Assembly (NCBI RefSeq): GCF_000002075.1
Contig: NW_004797283.1
Span: forward strand, 1,356,551 to 1,420,550
Length of the DNA: 64,000 nucleotides
Source: Aplysia californica
Lineage: Eukaryota
Direction: 5' to 3'
The notes under the pieces are model-generated. The model worked only from the letters and a program-made list of their open reading frames with translations, searched no databases and was not told the DNA's origin. A program made the position numbers and the translations under genes. Shown here one piece after another: positions 1-13,600 of the stretch; within the stretch, counting starts at the first letter, position 1, and the number at the start of each line of letters is the position of its first letter.

Positions 1-1432
1 AGGGGTTGGGCTTCTTTTCTTGAACGCTAGAAACTGAATGCGGGTGGTAGGAGGGTGCCACTGGCAGGTCCTACTTCTGTATTTTCCCTCCTCTGTTTCT
101 GTCCTGCTTTGTCCCATCCCTAAATAGCCATTATTGTTGTATCGATGTGCGTCTTTACTCAAACTCAAAGAAAAAGAAATGGAGTGTTGGTTCATGGCAA
201 AGCTAGCCTTTGAACAATATTTTCTGCCTTCCACCAAGGTTTGAATGGGACCTGGCTATTACTATTGCATTGGGATAAACCTGCCACAAGTTTGCTCCCT
301 GTTCAAGGGTTGATTTATTGTCTTAAGTTCTGGTTCAGGTGGTGGAGCTGTGAAGAGTTACTGTTGTAGTTTACAATGAGTAGCCCTGATTGGAGCAACA
401 TTTGAGTGGGGAGCAGATTGGAACAATAGTAACATGGGAACAGAAAGAGGTGTGGGTGGTTGGCTGATGCTCTGATGTGGTTTGCTCCTTCTTTCCTATC
501 AAACGTCTATCGTTCTTATCTCTCTTCCTTCTTTTTCATGTATGTTACTTTCTTGTAGCATTTCTAATCTTCGTCATTGATATGACCTTATTGCCTTGCA
601 AGTGCTGTAAAACTCTTTAACTAAAACTAAAAAAAAGAGAAAGAGAAGATCACTTGAGTGCTCTATGAACTGCAAGTCAAGTTATGGAAACTAGAATAGC
701 TGTGGCTTTAGGAGCTTTTGTATTTTTGTAAATCAGTGTCACAGAATGTGAATTTCTGTAGTTGTTGGAGGAACTTACAGTACTGAGATGAAAAAGACAT
801 ACAAAACAAAATACATACATACTTGAATTTGATTTTTTTGGGGTAGAATTTCCCTCGGTGATGTCTTTTTAGTTAAAAAAATTACCTTAAGTTTGTGAAA
901 AATATTTGTGCTAATGTCAACTTGGGACAATTTTTGGGGGGAATTGGCCAAAATGAGACAGAATTTCAGTGTGAGAAGCATGGTGTTGAAGTGGTCTTAT
1001 AATACATGTACTGGAAAAATACACAGAACAAAAAAGAAAACGATAAACAGTAATGAATGCTAATTTGTTCGTGTGATATGTGTACTCTCCGGGTTTTATT
1101 TGTATTTATGGGCCAGGGGTCCTTTCTTTTGAATAACCAAGTTAGTTTAATTTTAGGAGGTTTACTGCGCTCGCTACTGCATATATAAGCGCGCGAACCA
1201 CAAGTTGGTTGCATTCAAAACAGTTCACAGCACGACTTGGATTAGGTCAATGTTTATTTTAAAATGTAAAAAATTCATAGTGTTGAAAGGGACATTGAAC
1301 CTACAATGACCAATGAAGAAGCTGCTCGTGTTTTTGTATGCACATATGATTGTCAATGATCAGGATTGATTTGGTCATGTTGCTGTAGTGTTCTGAAAGG
1401 AAACAAACTGAAACTTTTGTTTTTGTTTGCAG

Positions 1433-2673
1433 GTCCAGTCCCAAACGTTTGCTCCAAGGGCCTGAAACACACATGGAATCCATTGTGTGTCATCGGCAGT
1501 GTGCAGAATGGAGACTTACAAGTCCGCAGAACAAGCAGCAAATCTGGACTACGACCCAAAACTGGCATCATGATGCTAAACTTAGGTGGTCCAGAGAAGC
1601 AGGAAGATGTTCATGATTTCCTTCTTCGTCTCTTCCTGGACAAAGATTTGATCCCACTTCCAGCCCAGAGTCAGTTAGCACCCCTAATTGCAAAAAGGAG
1701 AACACCACGTATCCAGGCTCAGTATGCAAAAATTGGCGGAGGTTCGCCCATCAAACGCTGGACGGAGCTGCAGGGCCAGGGCATGGTGGATATTCTGGAC
1801 AAGATAAGTCCAGAGTCTGCTCCACACAAGTTCTACGTGGGATTCCGCTATGCTGACCCCCTCACAGAAGACACCATTGAGCAGATGGCTGATGATGGAG
1901 TGCAACACGCTATAGCTTTCACTCAGTATCCACAATATAGCTGTTCTACTACGGGCAGTAGCCTCAATGCCATATACCGTTATTACAACAAGGGAGGACC
2001 CCCCGACAACATGACCTGGAGTGTGATTGATCGCTGGCCCACGCATCCCGGCTTAGTCCAGGCTTTTGTTGAGAATATCAAAGATGAGATCCTTCGTTTC
2101 CCCAAGGAAGACCAAGATGATGTTGTTATTTTGTTTTCGGCGCATTCTCTTCCACTGAAAGTTGTCAATAGGGGTGATCCGTACCCTACTGAAGTGGCTG
2201 CCACTGTCCAGCGGGTTATGGAAGGTCTGGGTCACTCTCATGCTTATCGCCTTGTGTGGCAATCGAAAGTGGGCCCTCTTCCCTGGCTCAGCCCTCAGAC
2301 AGATGAAGCAATCAAGGGTCTGGTTGACAGGGGAAGGAAGAACATTTTGTTGGTTCCCATTGCCTTCACGTCTGACCACATTGAAACCTTGTTCGAGTTG
2401 GATCTGGAGTACGCCGGGGAACTGGCAGCTGAAGTCGGGGTAAAAAATATTCGCAGAGCTGCGAGCCTCAACGACAACCCACTCTTCATTGACGCCCTTG
2501 CTGATATTGTAAAGAATCACATTGATTCTCAGGTTTCATGTTCTCCCCAGCTGTCCCTGCGGTGCCCAATGTGTGTCAATGTCACTTGTGGACAAGCTAA
2601 AGAGTTCTTCCGAAACCAACAGAGTCGGCTTGATGCTCTCACCGGCAACAAAATAGCGTCTGCGAAAGTGTAG
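1433..2673 (+). CDS. FECH: Ferrochelatase, mitochondrial; single large terminal coding exon (N-terminal exon(s) not identified, probably upstream of the window)
   Basis: ORF 1366..2673 has [66 protein letters not shown] and the animal C-terminal [2Fe-2S] motif CPMCVNVTC. Polypyrimidine tract and acceptor ttttgtttgcAG|G at 1431-1432 (phase 1), so 1366-1432 is intronic. Stop TAG at 2671-2673. Confidence 0.96.
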
Positions 2674-2694
2674 CTCCAAATTATTTAAGCCGTT

Positions 2695-2700
2695 AATAAA
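2695..2700 (+). terminator. Candidate proximal polyadenylation signal of FECH
   Basis: AATAAA about 20 nt after the stop codon, followed by T-rich sequence. Confidence 0.4.
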
Positions 2701-5557
2701 TTCATATTCCCAGAGTTAATTATTTTATAAGATCAAACTCATCTGAATCTTGTCTTTTTCAAAATTTGTTATTTCAAATTAACTTTTCAAAATGGGAGCA
2801 AAGGAGAGAGAATGGTGTAAATTTTCCAGTAAAGAAGGCTTCTTGTCTTGCAGACATTTTAGGACCATTTTGAAACTCCACATTTTTGGACTGTTAAAAA
2901 TTTGTTATCGGAGGTGTGAATTTCATGTCGCCTAAACATGCGATGTCTTTAATGATAGCAAGACATGATTCTGTTTGCCAAAACTGCATTTTGCATTGTG
3001 TTATGGTCATGGGCAGGTTGTCTTTCTCTTTTCTTTTTGGAGAGAGAAAATAAATTCCTCCTGGTTCATACTAGTGAGTGAAGCAAAATGACTTCACATC
3101 ATATTAAGAATTATCCTAGGGGAGGTTTCCTATGTTTTGATACTGAAATTATGTTTGTGAACATAAAGATACTTTAACAGCATATTGAATTGTCTTCCTG
3201 GGAGAGACAGCCTCCCTATGATCAAAACAATACAATACTCATGTTATAACATAATCAGAAATTGTAGCTTAGAGCATGCTTTAGAAAGTGAGGTTCTTTT
3301 TTTTTTTTCTGGTGCTGTGCCTCTTACTTTTATAAAATTGGGTCTTCTGCTCTCTCTCTTTGCCTTTTCGTCTCACCTTTTCTTTATTCATATTTGAGCC
3401 ATTCTCAGAAGGTCTGCTTAATACGTTGCGACAATTTTTTGGAATACCATTAAATTTTAGTCTTTCCGACTTTTATTGCTGCAGTGTTTGGTAGGTGTTA
3501 AAAATAATTTTCAAGTTTAGAAAATAATTTGAAAGCAAGCACTGGTGAATTAATCAGTTGAGAGTTTAATGGGTTTCGTATCCATAACCATGCCTTTTAA
3601 AGACATCCACTTCAATAAGCAGTAAAAATATTACAACAAACACAGCCTTAAAAATATTTATGATTCTCATCGATATATATGGCATTAACTAAGGCGGGTT
3701 TACTATTCAATAGTATACAATTTTGAATCCTGTTTTCGTACAAATTTTCTATTTGCATTGTTAGTGATCTCTTACTACCCGTTACGCCATCAGGCGTTTA
3801 GGGCAGCAGCAAAGGATTGTTAGTAATGCATGGAGGAAAAGCAGATCTTCAAGGGTGCTCAGCTTTTGAGAATGGCTGGTATATTGTATTTTATGGTGAC
3901 TGGTGAAAATGAAGGCTTGATTTAATTAAGTCGCAAGGAAATTTTTTTATGTTATCCTGAATGTATGGGCTTTCAGTTACAGTCTAGCACGCACATAGTG
4001 AAATCGCCAGGACACGGAAATCTTATCATTTTGTATGAATTAAATACAAAGAATACATACCGGGTATATCTAGAAAAAATTAGGGACCTGAAAAACTGTT
4101 TGCTATTATATATATGTGCGTGTTTGCGATGTGAGTGTTAGACTGTAATTATCAGAGCAAATATGACAAAAGTAGGCAATGTACATTTTATATGTCTTCA
4201 TACTTGTATTTTGATACCCCATGCAATAGTTTTTAAGAAAGATATTTCTGGATTAAATGATTATTAATATTAAGCTATGTGAGTGGTTGGCGGGCACTCT
4301 ACTAATGTGGTTTGCTTCTTTTGTCTTAGTAAACATCTATCATCCTTATTTTTCCTCCTTTTTTACTTTGTATGCAACGTTACTCTTCAGTAACATCTCT
4401 AATCTTTGGCATTTATGCGATGTAGGCCTATTTGTATTGCAAGTGACATAAAACTCTTACTGAAGCTAAAACAAATAAGTGTATCCATTATGCTTTTCTA
4501 AATTTGAACGAAGAGTTTTGAGTCTCATCTAAAATGTTGGTTTATTCTGATCTCATTTATGGTATTGCAAGCTTCTGCATGAAACCAACAAAAATCTAAT
4601 AATGCATGAGGCTTGTATTTTAACTACTGATAATCCGTGTATTCTTGTGTTTGCATTCCCTCTATGGGATTTTAAAAGTTGATTCAGCATGAAGGAAAAC
4701 TGCTCAGATTGTTCAGTGGAAATGTTTTAGTACTCTATTGAAGGTAACATACACCTTTAAGTTATTTTAAGAAGGTTGAAGAATAACTTCCCTGTCAAAA
4801 TGTTTCTGCTTGTTTTTAATGAGGATAGCTGTCAAGGTTAAAAAATCTTAATGAACTTGAAAAATATTATGTTCTGTTTAAACTTGTTTAGCCCAGACTG
4901 TTTTGTACATTTTACTATTCAAGCATTCAGTTTGAATGAAACCACTGAAGGACAGTGTTGATTGTAAATGAAAATGTGTTCTTTCTTAATTTCTGTGTTT
5001 GGAAGCCAAGAATTCAATAAGCATATTAAGTGTACTTTCACAATATTGCTTTATTGTCCAACATAAAAAAGGTAAATGTTCACTGTTATATAATATGATT
5101 GTGAAGCAAGGCCTGCTTCTAGTTCTAGTACAAATTACTTCTGTGATAGTGATGGGAACATTTCATCTTTTCTTTTCATTTACTTTCAGAGGTTTTTGTT
5201 CGGTTATTGTAAATTTATTATTTAAAAAAATCCTGTCTATGATTTGGTCACCTCAAAAGAATAATAAACTATGCATGGTGGTATTGTGTTCATTTTAATT
5301 TTAATTGGTAGCCAATGAGTTTTCTTTTGTCAGGTCTCTGAGGATGAGTGTGCCTATGATTTAGGTTATACATTTTGTATTGCCTTTGGTGCTTTTGTGT
5401 GTCTGGTTGCTATTATGCATGGAAAGTATGAACACGAAAAGTTTGGAAAAAATTTTACGCTTCTTTTTACAGAAATTCAACTTGTAGTTACTTAGAAGAA
5501 TGCATTCTGTTTTGAACTATTGAACTGAAAATTGGAGTTTCTTTCTGTTTGCTGGTA

Positions 5558-6362
5558 CAGTGGAAACCTGATATAACAGGGATGGTGGGAGTAGAGAAAA
5601 TGTCCTGTTATATCCGATCCCTGTTAAATCAGAAATGCAAGGAAAGTAAACATTTGTGGACTAATCCAGCTGTACTTATTCATGGGTAGTTTCCTTGGCC
5701 ACAAGTACCCACGAACAGGGGTTTTGGCACCAACTTTCTCCTTGCCTCTTTAAATCACATCAGAAGAACTTGATCCACAGCAGCTGCATCGGGTAGTCCC
5801 ATCTTCTTTCGATCCAGAGCAAACTTTCCATTGGACGAGTATGCTGCCACTATCTTCTCTCTATCCTTGATAATGGTGTGAATCGACCCTTGTGGAACGT
5901 CGAACTGACGACAAATTTCTGCCAGTGGAGCTTGCTTTTTGTCAACAGTCTGGATCATTTTGTAGTTTTTTGTCAATTGAAAGGCATTTTCTCTTTCGTT
6001 TGACATCGTTGGTGACAGTAGACACAGTACGCGTTCGTGTTGCTAGGTTTTGGGCTAGATCGAGGTTTGCAGCACACCGCAACCCTCTCTCGCTTCACAC
6101 GCTGCGTGTGCTTGCAGAGGCATGGCTTGCAAGGACTTGCTCCATCCCTGCGTTACTCTCTCTCTCTCTCTCTCTCTTACTTTTTACACATTATTAACGA
6201 GCCTCTGTCCCTGCTATAACCGGTTGGGCTCCGACGAGGCCCTGTTATTGCCGATAACTTTTAATAGAGACAAAGAGTAGGAAAAATTGGGGATTTAAAA
6301 AATCCCTGTTATTATTACCGGATCCCTGTTATTACCGGGCCTGTTATATATGGTTTCCACTG
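5558..6362 (-). mobile_element. Tigger/pogo-like (Tc1-mariner superfamily) deletion derivative with a relic of the transposase N-terminal HTH
   Basis: TA|CAGTGGAAACC...GGTTTCCACTG|TA; frameshifted KRKRKCLSIDKKL / AEICRQFDVPQGSIHTIIKDREKI (CENP-B/psq-type HTH) at 5755-6006. Confidence 0.88.
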
Positions 6363-9309
6363 TACAAGTGTAATAATAGCGAAGTTTATGGTGTAGCAGT
6401 TGGGCGCTTCGCTGTCACACACGAGAGACACAGGTTCGATTATTGAGTGGGGAGAATTTTTATTAAGTATGTCATTTCTTTCTGCTGGGGTGTTGTGTCT
6501 CTCTTAGCCTAGATTGGCTCTGATAGTACTAGTGGTATTATCAACATTAATCATGTCTAGTATTAGTTTTCAGATTTTCCTATCATGGTGAGTCTATCAG
6601 TTTTTAATTTATTTGGCATCCTGGTTATAAGTTGTTGCATGATGATTATGATAGAATTAGAAAAGTATGATATTTTATTACATAATCAGATTCTACTGTA
6701 GTGCATGTGAAGTTTGCGTATTTTGTTTGAAGTGAATGGTTGTTTAGTTTTAGCAATGCAGTATTCTCCGGCTAGTAGCACGCAATTCAGGTGATAAGAA
6801 AAAGGTGCTCTCTTGCGAGCATGCTATTAACTTAAGTGAATTTCTAAGGGGAGTAATTTAGAGTAAGTATTCTGTTGGATTTCATTGATTGTTATGAACT
6901 ACCTCGCATCCTGTGGTGGGGGTTACATTATATTGAACTGAGCAGGCCCTGAGGTGTGAAGTTTTCCTACACTTACTGGTCACAGACAACGGTCATCTTC
7001 ATGATTACGGCGTAGCCCTCTCACACTCACACTGTCCACCCGCCACGCATGGTCTGGCACAGCTTTCCTCGTTGCACAATTCTGTGTCACACCATGTCCC
7101 TATGGTTTTTTTCGCAGGCAAAGCTGCAGATTTAACTAAGAAATGAGGGTGTATGGTGTTTGCTTCACTTTCATCAGTTATGGAATTTGTTATTTTATTG
7201 GCTGATCCATTTTTTACTCAAGCACTCGAATGAACATGCTATTAGTAGGCCTACAAGATGGAGTTGTCGATTTGGAAAGTGCACTTATGGGTAAAAATTA
7301 TATTAGAAAAATTCGGTTCCCATACTGCCAACATGCTTTTTAATTTTAAGGCAGATTGTGTTTTTACCCGGCGTGCTATTAGTCGGGAGACCACTTTACA
7401 ATGATAGTCATGTAATAATGGTTGTGGTTGTTGTCACCGCCGTTTTGAATTCAATTACATTTGAGGAATTATATTTTGACAGTGTTGCTTTTTTGTTTTT
7501 CAGTTGTTTTTTTTCCCATTACTATTCATCACTTGGAAGTGAATCAACAGTTTTGGCCATTTGCGTAGATTATAAGGTAGTGCTGTGACGGAAGGTTCCT
7601 TTTTTCTCCTCAACAATGGGTGGCCATCTTAGACAGGTTCGACTGTTAATATAGTCGTGTCCGACTCATAACTGTTTCCCCCAAATTAGGTTAGACACAT
7701 CTTTTGTCTGAACTGAGGTTATTCACAACTGTAACTGCAATTGGTGATACATAAAAAAAGTAAATGGAACACTACACAGAAAGTATAGCAGTTCTGGAAG
7801 ATGTAATACAGGGAAATTATGTCCCCCCCGCCCCCAAAGTGTTTTGACCTAATTTGACTGATACATAGTTTGAGTCTAACACTGATGGTATGCAGTGGAG
7901 TCCATTTAAATGGAAATCTAGGGGACCCCAAGATATTTTTCAGCTTAGAGAGGGTTGCTCAATTAGCGACAAAATAAGAGTTGTGAATGACATGCTTGTT
8001 CAAATTTTATTTTTTGAAAGTTTTTTTCTCATCTATCTCTTTTTTTAGTTGAATAAGTGCAATCTGATCTGCAGGCTGAATGGATTGTGATTTCTCTACG
8101 GAATTGTCAGCTTTCTTAATCTGCCGAACAGTCACACAGAATAAAGAGTAGATTAGCACACTATACTAGTAGTGCTACACACCATACTGTGCTCAGTGCT
8201 TCTCAAGATAGGTGAGAAAGTTCATTGCCAGTGATGTCATGAAACATGCCACGTATGGTCAGGTGCTCATTTGTAGAGCCTTTGTGTACTGCTGACAAAA
8301 GGCCATGACCAACCGAAGATCGCGCAGCACCCATACATTAGCTATCCTTGCTTCTCTAGGCCTGTACACAGTGTGTATATACAGCACAACACAGTTGATG
8401 TCTCTCTCTTGTCCACAATCAACACGTGTGGGTTCCCATGTTTCTCTAGTTATGTCGTCTTGTAAGAGAAGTGATGATGTGGGTTACGTGAGGGTTGCTA
8501 GTGAAGATTTGGTTGCTATCCCTTGAAATTCTTTTCTGTTTAGAAATGGGAGTATTTTGGCCAATTTATAGTTTTCTTACAATGACAAAGCAGGGAAAAA
8601 ATCAGGGATTTTTATATTGTTTCAGCTAATGTTTCAGCTGTAACAGTTGACGTTGGATTAACTATGTTCAGTTCAATAACAGAATCCACTGGCTATGCTC
8701 AACTCATTTCATAGTTGCAGCCTTAAAATTAAAAAAAGGTGAGATAAAAACTCATAGGAAAACAACGCTATATATCATCTGTATCATCTGCTGGCAACAC
8801 TATCCTTTCACTAGATGGCCAGTATTCTTTAAATGACCCATCTGTCTGCAAACTCTCTCAGCTTGCTTACTTACTATCCGTTTGGTGACCCCTCAGGTAT
8901 CGGATGCATACAACAGAACAGAGAAACATTTGACTTGCACTTGTACAATTTCAATTTTGTCCTTGAGCTGTACCGTACTCAAAGGTTCCCCTTACATTGG
9001 AATGTTGCAGAAACCAAAACAGTCTTTGTGGAAAGTTTATTATGTGGTCCTGTAGACGCCAGTCTTAAAATTCCATTAAAAAAATATATGAAGCCTTTCA
9101 GCACAACACAAAAAGAGAATAATCATAAAAGAAGCTCTTGATCTCTTTGCCAGACTGTTTTTCTCCATCAAGATTTTTCATTCCAATTGTAGACATAAGA
9201 AGAGAAAAAAATGCTATTGTTGATGACAAGTATTGTACTAATTTTATAATGCAGATGTTTGTTCTCCTGTAAAATATATTTCTGGATTCACAAACATGTA
9301 TTCCTTTAA

Positions 9310-10396
9310 CCTTAACTCTGGCAAGTGGTTTCAACAGGAATGGCAGGGCTAATCAGCCAAAACGTGCACATGCTTTACAAATCAAGTTTATGTATGGACT
9401 TGTATCAAATAATAACTCTACAAAAGTATATATTTTCTGAAAGATAATCGAATGAACTTTTATATTTTGCCTTTGAACATATGATTTGATTTAATTTACA
9501 AGGGGTTATGTAGCTTTGAAATCCAAGATGGCTGACATAAAAAATTTACATGCTCATTAGCATATTCACCAATCTAATGTATTTCATGTTATAAAAAATG
9601 TGAGATAGCAGAAATATGGGTTTTTCAATAACCTTTCAGAAAATGTATAGTTTTATAGGTTTGAGAAGAACAGGTAATGAGTTATGACTGTTTCAATTTG
9701 TCATGTGGTCTGTTTCGAGCGCTGCTGATCAGTGATACTCGCTACTTTCATACCAATACCATACTCAACATAAAAACACTGTAAGTACAACCATGTGGTT
9801 TTCAGCAATCTGCTGGTAGTCTGTAATAATTAGTATAGCAAAAGGAACCTACTTTACGCTATAGCTCTCCTTTTTCTGCCCCTATTAGACTCCCAAAGGT
9901 AGTAGAATCTAGTGTTCCATTTGAAAGAGAAGTTGGGGCAGGATGAGAACTGGTATTCCCATTGTCTGTCAGATCTAATCCGAATTCTTGACTGAACACT
10001 AATAAATCCACCATTAACAGTGTCTGAATTACTTTCCCTAGTCAATTCACTTTCAAACGTATCCAAAAAAGATCGATTTTTGGCCATTTTTAGACCCACA
10101 TGAGTAGCACAAGTGATAGATCTACACTGGCATTAGTGGCTTGTGCCCTGATCAACAAGCTTTCAAAACATCCCTCTGTTTTGAAAGCAAAATACTCTTC
10201 TCCTTAGCCAGAATGGTAGAAATATTCTGATTGGTTGGAGGTTAGCCTTTTAACCGATCAGAAATCACTTTAGGAAGCCCCAAATATTTAGTTGGAAGGC
10301 AGAAGCAGCAGTTTACTACATGGTCCTATGAGATCGGCCCTGCCAGTTTCATGGCAGGAAATGGGCCGATCTAATCGGCCCTTGCCAGAATTAGGG
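9310..10396. mobile_element. piggyBac-like MITE
   Basis: TTAA|CCTTAACTCTGGCAAG ... CTTGCCAGAATTAGGG|TTAA, with a matching subterminal TGGCAGGGC motif. Confidence 0.65.
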
Positions 10397-10561
10397 TTAA
10401 GAACAAAAATAAACAAAATACATTAGGATACGACTCAATCATATGAATTTATTTTTGCATGAGCCTTAAACTGGCCGTAACAAAATTATATATATACATT
10501 TCATAAATGCAAAAGAAAAAAAATCCAAGAAGTATTCGTACCTATAAAAAGACCTGTGTTG

Positions 10562-10697
10562 TCAACTAGCGGGCATATAATTTGAATCGAGATAATTGTA
10601 ATTTGACTTAGTAAAGCTCATGTAGTCTGAATCTAAAACATCTCGCTTGTATGGCTGGAGACGATGACTTGAATCATGCTTTTCATGTTGGAAAGGT
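10562..10697 (-). CDS. ZZZ3: ZZZ3 last coding exon
   Basis: [44 protein letters not shown]; ttccag acceptor; AATAAA on - strand at 10448-10453. Confidence 0.9.
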
Positions 10698-13600
10698 CTG
10701 GAAAAGATGAAGAAAACAGTAAGTTATAATATATTATAGGGTGACCTTATTTAGGCCACATATGGCCCAAATAAGCTAAACCCCCCTCCTTTACCTTATT
10801 TAGGCCACAGGTGGCCTAAATAAGCTAAACCCCCCTCCCTTACCTTATTTAGGCCACGCCTGTGGCCTAAATAAGCTAAACCCCCCTCCCTTACCTTATT
10901 TAGGCCACACCTTTATACAAAGTCACAGAAATATTCCTTTTGTGCTTATTGAGGTACAGTGCAGGGTGATTTTACCTGCAAGGGTAATTGGACAAAATGG
11001 GTAGAATCTTTATTGCTAATGGTCATATTTAGACAAATCCTATATCATTGTCTTTTTTTTTCTTAACTGCTCATGGTTATTAAAGAGTAAGCCAACTAGG
11101 TAGTAATTTCGGATTCCTAATACTAATATTATGGGCATTCTTAAAATTTTAAAACTTGTTTTTAGCGCTTTTCTCAACGTAAAACGGATTCCGTAAAAAA
11201 GCAATGACCATATCTTTCTTTTTCAAAGTATTGTGCATATTATATTTGTGTGAAACTATATATTCTATGCTTTCATGTACATGAAAAAAGCTAATAAAGG
11301 CAAGCAAAATGTTCTTCAGAGACACAGATCTAGTAGTAGGCCCACTGAATTTTTTTTATAAACCGGGAAAGATGACCTGAAGATAACAAAATTATTTTAT
11401 GATCTTCACTTGCACTTGCAACTTTTTGGATAAATTATAGTCTACCTCATTGTCTTTTTTTTCCATCATTTTTCTTCACTATTCATGACAACTGGCATGT
11501 ATTGTTTTCAGTTATTATCAAGAAAGTGGATAGGCGGACTACGGGGTCTATCTAGCCAAAAGGATAGGTGGACCCCGGGGTCTACCTAACAAAATGCTAG
11601 GATTTAGGATGTGAACCCCGGAGTGAGCGTAGTGAAATAAGTAGTAGATCTAGGTTTAACTAAGGATCGGTGGACCCCGGGGTCAACATAGTGAAATAAG
11701 TAGATCTCAGTTTATTTTATAGTAGGACTGGCGGAGCCCGTGGTCAATGTAGTGAAATTATAAGTAGATATAGGTTTAATTAAGGATTGGTGGACCCCGG
11801 GGTCAATGTAGTGAAATCAGTAGATCTAGGTTTAATTAAGGATTGGTGGACCCTGGGGTCAATGTAGTGAAATAAGTACATGTAGATCTAGGTTTAATTT
11901 TAAGGATTGGTGGACCCTGGAGTCAACGTAGTGAAATAGGTAGGTTTAAGGTGGACCCCAGGGTCTACCTAACGAAATGCTAGTTAGGTTTTTAGAATAG
12001 GTGGAACCTGCGGGGTCACCGTAGTAAAATAAGTAGGTTTAATCTAGGTGTCCCGGGGGTCCACCAATCCTTAATTAAACCTTATTCCTCTACGGCTATG
12101 GTGACTCCGGGGTCCACCAATCCTTTTAAAATTAACCCTACTTATTTCACTACGCTGACCCCGGGGTCCACCAATCTTTAAAGAAACATACTTATTTCAC
12201 TACGGTGACCCTGGGGTCCACCTGTCCTAAAACCTAGTATTTCGCTAGGTAGACCCCGGGGTCCACCTTAAACCTGCTTATTTATCACTACGTTGACCCC
12301 GGGGTCCACCAATCCTTACTTAAACCAAACCTTATTTCACTACGGTGACTCCGGGGTTTACATCCTAAAACCTAGTATTTCGCTTTGCAGACCCCGGAGT
12401 CCACCTATCCTCTTCAGGACTAAACTATTATCAATTTGCAATTTTCATTGATTAGCATATTTTTTTTAAAATATTGAATCAGAGATTCGCTTTCTAAAAA
12501 GTCCACTGCTAATGCTATTCTTTTCAAAGAAAATGGCACAATTTGATTTTATGACATGTTGTAAAAAAAGAGTTTTAAAAATATCCCGAAAANNNNNNNN
12601 NNNNNNNNNNNNNNNNNNNNNNNNNNNNNNNNNNNNNNNNNNNNNNNNNNNNNNNNNNNNNNNNNNNNNNNNNNNNNNNNNNNNNNNNNNNNNNNNNNNN
12701 NNNNNNNNNNNNNNNNNNNNNNNNNNNNNNNNNNNNNNNNNNNNNNNNNNNNNNNNNNNNNNNNNNNNNNNNNNNNNAGACTGAGCAGAGGCTTACAATG
12801 TAAATTCTCTGCTCTACAAGTAGAGAAAATCTTAAGTTTGCGCAAAACAGATTTTAGAAAAAAAGTTGGATCTAATTATTCTAATAAAAGTAAAAGTGAT
12901 TGTTATGCTGAGATTTGTTATTATTAACTCTGGAAATACAGTTACTTGCTGAATCTAAAAGTAACTAGAACTGTGCAATTCGTTTTATTTCAATTCCAAA
13001 GCCCAAAGGCATAGCAATAATAAGTTAGATCTAGATCTAGCAGTTGTAGGCTGCTTCTAGCATAGGCCTGCTACTACTGATTCTAGACAGGGAATCTAGA
13101 TCTTGCTATCGCCTGCACTATTTAAGTCAAATATATGGTAAAATAAAAACAAAACTGAATTTTTTGTCAGTCAGTACATCCCAATTGCCATAGCCGCACG
13201 TATTAATAGTTGAATAATGCGATACCGAAGCAACACGTTATCACAGTGTGCAGGGGAGAGCGAGGTGCTCGGTCGATTCGGTGGTTCGGCTTTTGTAGAT
13301 CTATGCATTTTTTACGGAAAGCCCTATTACCTGGCCTATTACTAGATCTATTAGTGTTGTGAAAACTTCAACCTCTACAGCTCAGGCGTCAAAAGATGCT
13401 GGAAAATAATAATGCGTCCTGAAGTTTCATAATTTATTTTTATACAGCATAACACAGTACACAGCCAGTAGTTTTTATTTCACCGAGTTATAAAAATGGC
13501 CTTCGTATAAAAATTGCCTTGTTTTCAGAAGCAAATTTTAATAGTTCTAGTTCTACCGAATCGATTTTCAGGCGAATTCAACCATTTTGATGATCTTTGT

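Noticed and set aside
1366-1432. N-terminal 22 aa of the FECH ORF call
   Set aside because: Non-ATG start, and the stretch is a polypyrimidine tract ending in an AG acceptor; intronic.
10688-10738. Shared TTGGAAAGGT upstream of the copy 1 and copy 2 insertion sites (possible extended target specificity)
   Set aside because: Spacing to the insertion point differs and in copy 1 the motif is ZZZ3 coding sequence; two sites are too few to exclude chance.
11528-12411. CRISPR-like array (palindromic repeat with variable spacers)
   Set aside because: The spacers are homologous to each other, orientation flips midway, there are no cas genes and the context is an intron of a eukaryotic gene; it is a minisatellite.
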